This document shows positions 37,800-46,700 of a stretch of 64,000 nucleotides of DNA, piece after piece. The position numbers and the translations under genes were made by a program. Within the stretch, counting starts at the first letter, position 1, and every line of letters begins with the position of its first letter. The DNA lies in NCBI GenBank assembly GCA_049319825.1, contig JBMORT010000009.1:3349-67348 (forward strand). Direction: 5' to 3'. This stretch comes from Patescibacteria group bacterium (lineage in GTDB: Bacteria; Patescibacteriota; Patescibacteriia; UBA11705; DATKZF01). Below the pieces are notes generated by a model. It did not search any database. It saw only the letters and a program-made list of their open reading frames with translations, and had not been told where the DNA came from.

Positions 37800-38234
37800 A
37801 TGCAAGAAAAAAATCAACTTTATTTGTTATTGTCTATCATGTTTGAAGTTTTGTTGGTTGTTTTGATTGTCTGTATCGGTTTTATATATTCACTTAAATT
37901 GCTTGGGGAATTGGCGAATGATTTGCAAGCGTTGAATGAGCCTATCATTGGCGGGGCCGGCGAAGTGGAAGAAATAATTGAAAAGCCCGTTGAATCGAAA
38001 ATAAGCATTGGAGAACGGCAAGATTTATTGAATATCTTGAATTACGAAATGGGAAAGCTCGGCACCATAACACTAAACGGTTTTGACGGCCGGCCTGAAA
38101 CTCTCATAAAAGCAATTTTAATAGAGGCGCAAGAAAGAGAAGTCAAAGAGGCGGAAATAGATTTGGGAGACAAAACATTAAGCGTTGAGGAATATAGCGC
38201 AGAAAAAGCGGATTTTATAAATAAACTTCAATAA
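37800..38234 (+). CDS. Membrane-anchored hypothetical protein
   Basis: 144 aa, N-terminal TM LLLSIMFEVLLVVLIVCIGFIY. Confidence 0.4.
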   Translation: MQEKNQLYLLLSIMFEVLLVVLIVCIGFIYSLKLLGELANDLQALNEPIIGGAGEVEEIIEKPVESKISIGERQDLLNILNYEMGKLGTITLNGFDGRPETLIKAILIEAQEREVKEAEIDLGDKTLSVEEYSAEKADFINKLQ

Positions 38235-38235
38235 T

Positions 38236-38499
38236 ATGGATATTTTTGCCGTATTAAAAGAAATTTTACCCTTAGTAGGAAGCGCGATTGCTTTACCTAT
38301 TATTCAAGAACTACTTAAAAAATACATTCCTGAAAAATGGAGACACATCGTCGCTGGGACTTTAGCGTTCGGCGCTTCCGTATTTTGGGCTCTTGTTTTG
38401 CAGGGAAGCTGGGAAATTACGCTACTCAATTTTAGCGTGGTGTATGGCTTGTCTCAAACTTTTTTCCAAAAGATTATAAAAAATTGGAGGTCAGAATAA
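38236..38499 (+). CDS. Two-TM holin-like protein
   Basis: 87 aa with two hydrophobic helices. Confidence 0.4.
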   Translation: MDIFAVLKEILPLVGSAIALPIIQELLKKYIPEKWRHIVAGTLAFGASVFWALVLQGSWEITLLNFSVVYGLSQTFFQKIIKNWRSE

Positions 38500-38502
38500 T
38501 TT

Positions 38503-39180
38503 ATGCAATTTAGCGCTTTACGAACCAAAGCTCGCTGGTGGAGCAAAACGGACTCAGATTCCTTTTCGGACACGGATTTGAATTTGTGTTTGAACGAAAA
38601 TCAGAAAATAGTTACCTGTTGGATTTTGGATAGTATGGATGAATGGGAGTTTAATGAAGAAATTGGCACGGCCAGTTTGGTCGCTGATCAAAGAGAGTAT
38701 TCATTCCCAACGGATATTCTAAAAATAAAAGAGGTTTATTTAAAACTTGACGGCACGAATTGGGTGCGAGCTTTGCCGCTTGAAGGGGCTATGCAGGATT
38801 ATATCGATAATACTGATATTAAAGACCACTATTCGAACGAACAGCCCTATTATGACGTATATAACACGGACGGGGTGGGGTATTTTAAAATATATTGCGG
38901 GGCGATTATCGCGGTAACCGGCGGCATTAAACTTGTTTACGAAAAAGCCGGCAATGATATGAGCGCGGATGCCGACACTCCGGCCTTTAATGTGTTGTTT
39001 CATGAAGTTTTAGCGCTTATATCGGCCCAGGATTACGCGAGCAGAGAAAGCTTGGCAAGTTTATATAATTCATTAGAGGTCAAAAAAATTGAATATAAAG
39101 AACGAATCGAAAATTTCTATTCACGCCGGCAATTGGATCGGCCGTTAAGATTAGAACCTAAAACACGAAATATGAGATAA
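38503..39180 (+). CDS. Hypothetical virion protein
   Basis: 225 aa ORF. Confidence 0.4.
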   Translation: MQFSALRTKARWWSKTDSDSFSDTDLNLCLNENQKIVTCWILDSMDEWEFNEEIGTASLVADQREYSFPTDILKIKEVYLKLDGTNWVRALPLEGAMQDYIDNTDIKDHYSNEQPYYDVYNTDGVGYFKIYCGAIIAVTGGIKLVYEKAGNDMSADADTPAFNVLFHEVLALISAQDYASRESLASLYNSLEVKKIEYKERIENFYSRRQLDRPLRLEPKTRNMR

Positions 39181-39284
39181 ATATGGCTACTTCATACACC
39201 GAAAGCTCAAAACCAACAACGAGCACGACGGAAAGCTCAAAGCCCGCGGCGACAAGCTATACCGAAAGCTCAAAACCATAAATT

Positions 39285-40943
39285 ATGCCCAGACACACAA
39301 TCACACAATTTACGGGCGTAAAAGACAATGGTTATTATTGGCTTTTGGGATTAACGCCGAGACGGGACGCGGGAAAATCTTTTTTAATCCAAAGGCCAAA
39401 ATTAGTAAAAATTAAAAAGACAGGCGAAACAAGCGTTACGAATTTATCTCTAATACAAGGATTTACGATTTCAGATGTGAGTGGTTCTGCCAAGGTTTAT
39501 GCTATTGATAAGGCCGGCTATGTGTATGACGCGATACGCGGGACTTTAAGCAGTTTTGCCCAGCTCAAAGACTTGACTGATGTTGCCTCAAATTATCCAG
39601 ATATAACCGAAGACCCTGACGGAGATTTAATGGTAACCACGGCAAGATATTTAGTTTTGTGGACAGGATCCGCGTGGACAGAAACAACGCATGATTTCGG
39701 GGCGGAGCAGGCGAATTATGTCAGACAAATCATCAAGGTAGATGATTATAGATATATTGGCAATGGCAATTATTTGGCGAGTTGGGACGGGACGACTTTT
39801 ACGGCCCAGGCAAAACAACTGCCGGAAGGATATTTATTCGCTTGCGGATCATACCATAACGATTACATGGCGATTGGATGTAATTTGAATGGTAAAGGAA
39901 TGGTGGTGTTTTGGGACTCGTATTCGCCAGGATTTCAAAACCAAATATATTTAGAAGATGAAATTAAAGCGATTTATCCATATAAGGGGGGCTGGCTCGC
40001 GATAGCTTCGGAGAAATTATTATATATCACCCTATCCAGTTATGAAGAAATTTCAAGAATACCTGATTATGGTTTCGCTTCCGTCATGGACATTAATCAT
40101 AATGGAATGGTTGTTGTTGGTGAAGATGTTTTTATCAATGGCGGATTGAACATGTATACGCGAGGAAAAACCGGAGTATGGCGATTTAACATGCCGACAA
40201 GGAGCTGGTCTTTTATTCCTTATGACGATGGCGGATTGCGGCTTTTATATAACACATCGGCTGGCGCGATATATTATGATATAGGGACAATGCGGTCTTT
40301 ATATGTCGGTTATGCCGGAAAACCCTCCGCAAGCACTTTATATTATGTTGGAACATTAAGAGATATAAACAACACTTATGCGGAAGTGGTATTACCAATA
40401 ATTGAATTTAGCAATAAAACAAAAATCAGTAAAATCTGGTTGAATTTAGCCGAGCACTTATATCATACAGATTGCGCCACGCCGAATATTTCAGTCGTGG
40501 CCAAAATAGCTGACGCTCGTGAGTTCGTGTGGGGATATGCTTTAACGAATAACGCTGCCAGCGCGAGCAATAAAATTAAAATAGACGGAACGATTAGCAC
40601 GTATAGAGGGGCGGTAGGCGATGAAGTTTTGGTATTGGAGGGGCAAAATGCCGGTTTAACTGCTCATATAAGTTCAATAGCCAATGAGGGCACGAATACG
40701 GAAGAATGGACATTAGATACCAGTTTGAATGGGAATACGGAAAGCGGAGTATTGGTGAATGTTTTACCATTCAAAAAATTGGATGTGCGGACAATATCAG
40801 CTAATCCATATTCGCAATTAATGTTTGACGCTAAAAGAATTGAATCAACACACTTTTTGATAAAATTTATAATTACAGCAACGGCCGGGACGATACAAAT
40901 TAACTCAGTAGAATTTGAATATGAGCAATCTTCAAACAGATAA
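39285..40943 (+). CDS. Hypothetical virion structural protein
   Basis: 552 aa ORF. Confidence 0.45.
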   Translation: MPRHTITQFTGVKDNGYYWLLGLTPRRDAGKSFLIQRPKLVKIKKTGETSVTNLSLIQGFTISDVSGSAKVYAIDKAGYVYDAIRGTLSSFAQLKDLTDVASNYPDITEDPDGDLMVTTARYLVLWTGSAWTETTHDFGAEQANYVRQIIKVDDYRYIGNGNYLASWDGTTFTAQAKQLPEGYLFACGSYHNDYMAIGCNLNGKGMVVFWDSYSPGFQNQIYLEDEIKAIYPYKGGWLAIASEKLLYITLSSYEEISRIPDYGFASVMDINHNGMVVVGEDVFINGGLNMYTRGKTGVWRFNMPTRSWSFIPYDDGGLRLLYNTSAGAIYYDIGTMRSLYVGYAGKPSASTLYYVGTLRDINNTYAEVVLPIIEFSNKTKISKIWLNLAEHLYHTDCATPNISVVAKIADAREFVWGYALTNNAASASNKIKIDGTISTYRGAVGDEVLVLEGQNAGLTAHISSIANEGTNTEEWTLDTSLNGNTESGVLVNVLPFKKLDVRTISANPYSQLMFDAKRIESTHFLIKFIITATAGTIQINSVEFEYEQSSNR

Positions 40944-41574
40944 TCAAAATAATAATGAAAAGATAATAATTGAGAAGGATGATTCGAAACCTAAAATTCA
41001 AATAGACGACACCCCAAAGGAATTTTCATTTACCAAAGAAGAATTGGATATATTGTCGCAGCTGATGCATTTGGTCAAATCGATTAAAAAACCTTTATCG
41101 GCGTCCCCGACATATAGCCCTAAAAATTTTTTTGAACAAATAGCTTTTTATAGCGGACATCTTTATGCTCACATAAATAATAGTTGGGTAGATGTTGGCC
41201 CGCCAACAGCAGCCGCTCAATATGCTTCCGGTCAAAGTTCAAGAAACGCAGACGGCGATCAGGCGATTACAGTCGGATTTGAGGCCAAACTTATAAAAAT
41301 AACCGCGTATTACGCGCAAGATAATGGCGGCTGGAGCGAAGGACACGGCAAAACCACTTCAGATTTCGCGTGTCTCGCTCGATATTATGATAGTGGCGTA
41401 CCCGCATGGATCTATTCGAACACAACGAGCTATATAATATACGCCGTAAATGTAGGCGGAACGGCGTTTAGACAAGCGATAATTTCGGCAATAGGCGCGA
41501 CAACGTTCACTCTTACTTGGTCATCATCGGGCAGTCCGGGAACGGTATATTTTAATTGGGAAGCATGGGGATAA
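40915..41574 (+). CDS. Hypothetical virion protein
   Basis: 219 aa ORF. Confidence 0.4.
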   Translation: MNMSNLQTDNQNNNEKIIIEKDDSKPKIQIDDTPKEFSFTKEELDILSQLMHLVKSIKKPLSASPTYSPKNFFEQIAFYSGHLYAHINNSWVDVGPPTAAAQYASGQSSRNADGDQAITVGFEAKLIKITAYYAQDNGGWSEGHGKTTSDFACLARYYDSGVPAWIYSNTTSYIIYAVNVGGTAFRQAIISAIGATTFTLTWSSSGSPGTVYFNWEAWG

Positions 41575-41597
41575 TATAATTCAATAATTTTATAAAT

Positions 41598-43721
41598 ATG
41601 GCGCAAGCAACGCTTATCAATAAAACAGGACAAAAAGTGGTAGTCGAATCCGGCTCGCAAGACGCTCAGAAATATTTCGGGCAAGGTTATCAATTAATGA
41701 GTAAAAGCGGTAAATATGAAGAGCCGACTACGCCTGATCAATTAAAACAGGGGGTTCCCGGATTCGTACAAAATAGACCATTGACGCAGACCGTGCAACA
41801 GCAAGCCCAGCAATTCGGGAATACAAAACTTGCCAATCAAGACTATGTGCAAGGCACTTTTAAGGCTTTGCATGGCAGACCCGCCAATGCCAACGAATTG
41901 CAGGAATTTACGAATAAGGGTGTTTTGGATGTATATAAGGCAATAAAAGCCGGTATTCCCAAAACGACAAGTCTTGATGTCGGTAAAATCGGGAATACTT
42001 TCTCGCCGGATGTTATAGGCAAATCCGAATCCGTGCCGGACTTATCGCAAGTTCCACAGCCGACCGCGCCAAAAACAGCGGAAGCTTTTAAGACTGCCAT
42101 TGATCAAAACTTAACCGGCCTGGCCAATCAGATGGGCAGTTTGTATAACATGATGCAATCCGAGGCGGAGACAAAGCGCCGGGAAGAAGAATTAAAATTG
42201 AAAGATAGAGAAGGTAAATTTGAGGCGACATTAGACGAAACGCCACGTTCGGATTACTTCGAGGCTAAAAGCGAGGAATTTAAGATAAAGGAGAAATTCG
42301 ACGCGCTTAGTGAGATATATAATAAAATCAATACTCATAAATCAGCGCTGGATTACGGATTGATACAGGAAGCCGGCAAGCCAATTTCTTATAGATTGAT
42401 TCAGGGACGCTCGGCCGAAATGAAAATGCAGGCTTCGGCGGCTATTTCGGCATTATCAGCGACAGCCTCGGTTATTGAAGGCGACATTAACGCGGCCCAG
42501 AATTTCATTCAAATGGGCGTAGAAATGATTGACGCGGACAGACAAGATCAAATTGACGGATTAAAATGGCTGATTGGATTAAGTGAAGATAGGATTATCA
42601 GACTTGACGAAAAAGAAACCGAAATGGCCGAAGCTCAAATCGCTTTGCTTGAAGATGAGAGACAGCAGCAAAAAGAAGACCTTAACTTTGTCAGGGAGCT
42701 TATAATGTCAAATCCCGTTGAAGCACAGGATGCAGGAATTACTTTATTAGATGGTATTGATGAGGCAATAACCAAAATACAGCCAGTGTTAGCTGATACA
42801 GTGAGGCAGGAAAGATTATTGGCAGCAGAAAAAACACTTGGAGATGAATGGGTTTCGATTCCAGAAGGCAGGATATTGAATAAAAAGACTGGTGAAGTAA
42901 GAAGTGCGACAGGATTTCAAGGAGATGTAACAGTAACTCATCCACAAGTTGGACAATGGTCCGGTCAATGCGGAAGCTTTGCGCGTTCTCAGTACAGTTA
43001 TATTGCCAATGGCGAACCAATGGGCGATTTATACACACAAAAACAGGCGTGGGTAAATAAGCATGGAACAGTTGGTGTTGACGGCTTGCAGGTTGGTGAT
43101 TTGATGATTACAAGCGAAGATAGTAAATATGGGCATGCTTTAATAGTGGCTGAAATAAAAGACGGTAAAATGAGATGCTTAGAATCGAATTATAATCTGG
43201 ACGAAAAAGTCACTGATAGCCGCTGGTTATCTTTGGATAGCAGCAAAATTTACGGTTATGTCAGGGGTACTTTGAAGCCCGGACTTCTAAATGTGCCGGC
43301 AATAAACGAAAAAGAAGAAATGAGGAATGAATTAGCAACGCTTGCGGGTTCAGACGGTTTTGTCTCGCCAGATGATTATACAGTAGCTCGAAAGGCATGG
43401 ATAGACGCCGGGCTTGATCCCAGCGAATTTGATAAAGAATACGCCGGATTTAGAAATCCAAACAATCCATATTACGTGACAAATAAACAAAAAGAAGGAG
43501 AGGTCGCTGGACAATTTTTAAGTATGGATTGGTTTAAACAAACATATTCACAGGATCAATTAAAAGAAGCAGCTAAAAACGCCGGATATGCGAGTATTTG
43601 GAAAGGATCGGAAAAAGAAATAGAAGCTTATTTAGACGCGACGATGAAAACAATTGAAGCGTGGAGACAAGCAGGTAAAACGGATTCGGAAATATTAGAG
43701 GAAATGATGAAAAATAAATAA
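41598..43721 (+). CDS. Virion-associated protein with a CHAP/NlpC-P60-like cysteine peptidase domain
   Basis: Cys motif QCGSFARSQY and His motif GHALIV about 55 aa apart (nt ~42930-43230). A long coiled-coil lies N-terminal. Confidence 0.6.
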   Translation: MAQATLINKTGQKVVVESGSQDAQKYFGQGYQLMSKSGKYEEPTTPDQLKQGVPGFVQNRPLTQTVQQQAQQFGNTKLANQDYVQGTFKALHGRPANANELQEFTNKGVLDVYKAIKAGIPKTTSLDVGKIGNTFSPDVIGKSESVPDLSQVPQPTAPKTAEAFKTAIDQNLTGLANQMGSLYNMMQSEAETKRREEELKLKDREGKFEATLDETPRSDYFEAKSEEFKIKEKFDALSEIYNKINTHKSALDYGLIQEAGKPISYRLIQGRSAEMKMQASAAISALSATASVIEGDINAAQNFIQMGVEMIDADRQDQIDGLKWLIGLSEDRIIRLDEKETEMAEAQIALLEDERQQQKEDLNFVRELIMSNPVEAQDAGITLLDGIDEAITKIQPVLADTVRQERLLAAEKTLGDEWVSIPEGRILNKKTGEVRSATGFQGDVTVTHPQVGQWSGQCGSFARSQYSYIANGEPMGDLYTQKQAWVNKHGTVGVDGLQVGDLMITSEDSKYGHALIVAEIKDGKMRCLESNYNLDEKVTDSRWLSLDSSKIYGYVRGTLKPGLLNVPAINEKEEMRNELATLAGSDGFVSPDDYTVARKAWIDAGLDPSEFDKEYAGFRNPNNPYYVTNKQKEGEVAGQFLSMDWFKQTYSQDQLKEAAKNAGYASIWKGSEKEIEAYLDATMKTIEAWRQAGKTDSEILEEMMKNK

Positions 43722-43723
43722 AT

Positions 43724-46700
43724 ATGTTTCAGGGTTTATTTACGCAATCAAAAACAGTAGCTACAAATCAGAAAACGGGGGGGACTGCAAAGCCCTCTTT
43801 TTCTGGTTTGTTTAGTAATAGAGGGGAACAAAAAGCTCAAAAAAACAATAAATTTGCTGGAGCGGTTATCAGCGCTGATCAAAAAAAGGTCGGGATGTTT
43901 AAAGATTTATTTAAGGTTGGGAAAAAAGGATATGAACGGGCTGGTGATATAGCCAGTAAAAAATGGAGCGAGACGAAAGAATTTGTAAAAAAATATCCGA
44001 CCCCACTTGAGTATATATCTCAAAGGAAATATGAGGGGTGGGCCGGACAAAATAAAAGTTTATCAATTCGGAAACAATATGGATTCGCACTGCCGGAAAT
44101 AACCGATTTAACAAAATCGGGGTTTGATCCCGAATTATTGGAAAAAGCGAATGACTTTAAAAGTATTCCATTAAGACATAAAATAACTCAATTTTCTCTG
44201 CGTACTCAAACGCAATTAGTGGATCAAGTATCAAGAAGTTTTGCTTTTACTACGGATTATATAATGAAAGACCCTGTTCGCGCGGCCGCATTACGAGATA
44301 TGGCAAAGAATCCTTCGATTTTGGGGGGATTTAAAGCCGGGGCTACTTACGCTGCTGGGAAGTTTGTAGAAAAAACAAATACGGGAAAAATGTTAAAAGA
44401 TAAATGGGTTAATTTTTATGATGGCCTCAAAGAAAAAGGGATTATTCCAACAGATAAGGCAGTCCAGCTTGCGAATACAATGAAGCAATTACCATATATG
44501 CAGAATAGAAAAGAATGGGAAGGTGCTCCACTAAAAGATAAAATGACAAAATATTTAGGAGAAACTTTATATAATCTTGGACCAAGTTTATTTGCGTCTG
44601 TGGCGACTTATGCCGCCAGTCCGTCTTTTGGTTTTTCCGTAACGGCCAGTTCAACCGCATATGATGTAAAAGAAGATGCCATAAGATATGGCGTTGATGA
44701 AAAAAAAGCTGAAAATTTGGGATTAATAACGGGTTTGTTGGTAGCGTCGCTTGATAAGATTGTGCCGGATAAAGCTTTCTCGAAGAATATAAAAAATAAA
44801 TTCATCGGAAACTTTGCAAAAAGGATTATAAAAAGTAATGTGCTTGAAGCCGGAACGGAAATGGGACAGGAGAATATTCAAATTTTAGCTGAAGCGACTT
44901 TCAGGGATGATTTGGGTTGGGACGAAATCAAGACGCGCAATGCGATGGCGGCTTTGGGTGGGTTGGCCGGTGGTAGTGCAATGGAATCAATAAGCACGTT
45001 TAGTAATACAGTCCAGAGAGACGCGCTTTTTGAGGATATACGAAATATAAAACCCGGATTTACAGTAGAAGAGGTTTATGATGATAATTTAATGAATGAG
45101 GCGAAAAAATATAAAACGGCAGAGGATTTTATTGTAGCGGCTGAAAATAAAAAGATTGATGTATCTTCTATTGCAGAATGGTCGGATTTAAAATTTTCTG
45201 ATTTGGGGAAAATAGGAAATATTAAAACAAAAAGTCCGATATTTAAAAAGAAAGTGAAAGATGTTTCAACCGAGATATACGAAAAAACGGCACGGGAAAT
45301 TTTTGAGAATGCAAAAAAGAATGGGGAAAGTTGGGCCAAAAACAGAAGATATGAAAGCGTGTTTTCGGAAGCATTCGCCCGTGCAACAGAAAAGTTGACT
45401 CGTGGAGGTAGAATTGGAGAAAAGGAAGTATTGGATGGTTGGAGTAGAAAGGTATTAAAAGAAATATGGACTACAGCACAATATAAAACAAAATCACCTT
45501 CTGACACAAAACGTGCTCTGTCTGAAGACCGCCTCGTCAATGTTAATAATAAAACTCATAAATACAAGAGTGTGAAGGAGCAAGTAAAAATACCTTATGC
45601 AAAGTCGCTTATACAAAAAGCATTTGATAAAGACTTGCCAAACAAGACGCCAGAATATATCCAAGACTTACTTGTTAAATTACGAGATGAAGAAGCACGG
45701 GCAATTAGAAACGGGGTTGATACGAGCAAAACTTCTTATACACAGGCTGGATTTATCAACGAAAATCTCAAACAGGCACTTGACAACGTAATAAAAACCA
45801 AATCTCAACTCCAAGAAAAATTTGAATATAACACGCCAGCGATCATAGAAGCCCGGGAAAAGGCAATGTCTATTCCCGAGACAATAAATATACAAACAGA
45901 AGAACGAAATAATTTGAGAGATAAAATTGTTCGAGAATATTACGGAACGGGAGCAAAAAATAAAAACCGACGCGCCGATTTAGTTTTAGGCGTGCCTGCT
46001 TCTGGAAAATCGACCTTTTTTGGCGACCATTTAGTTAATAAGTATGGTTCACTATTGGTTGATTCTGACCAAATTAAAAAGATGTTGCCGGAATATGAAA
46101 ATGGCATTGGCGCCAGTTCGTTACACTTAGAGTCTGCTATGCTTGCCGATGATATTATCCTATCCAATGCGATACAAAATGGTGATAATGTTGTGTTGCC
46201 CAGACTTGGGAAAAACGAAAAAACGATGATTGAGCTTATAAATTTATTGAATGATTCGGGGTATGATGTTCACTTGCATTACATGGATTTACCAATAAAA
46301 GAAGCGGTCAAGCGTATAATATCAAGATTCAATGAAACGGGGCGTTTTGTTGACCCACAATTTTTAATAGAAAAAGTTGACGGAAAACCCAAAATAGTGT
46401 ATAATGCAATCAAGAGTAGAAAGGAGATTAGATCTTATGAAGCATACTCAAACGATGTTCCAAAAGGAACAAAGCCAAAACTCATCGAAAAGTCAGTATA
46501 TGACGCTGGACGAGATGGACGAATACAGCAATCTCGTGGCGATCAGGACTTTGCGAAGATTCGTAGCAAAAAAGAAAGGGAAATAAAACAGACTCAAAAA
46601 AAATCTGAAAATGAGTATTTTTCGGATAACGGGTCTGTTTTTGAATACAAAGAAATGTCTAAGGAAGAAACAAAAACAATGCAACAAGCATTTGGCGTAG

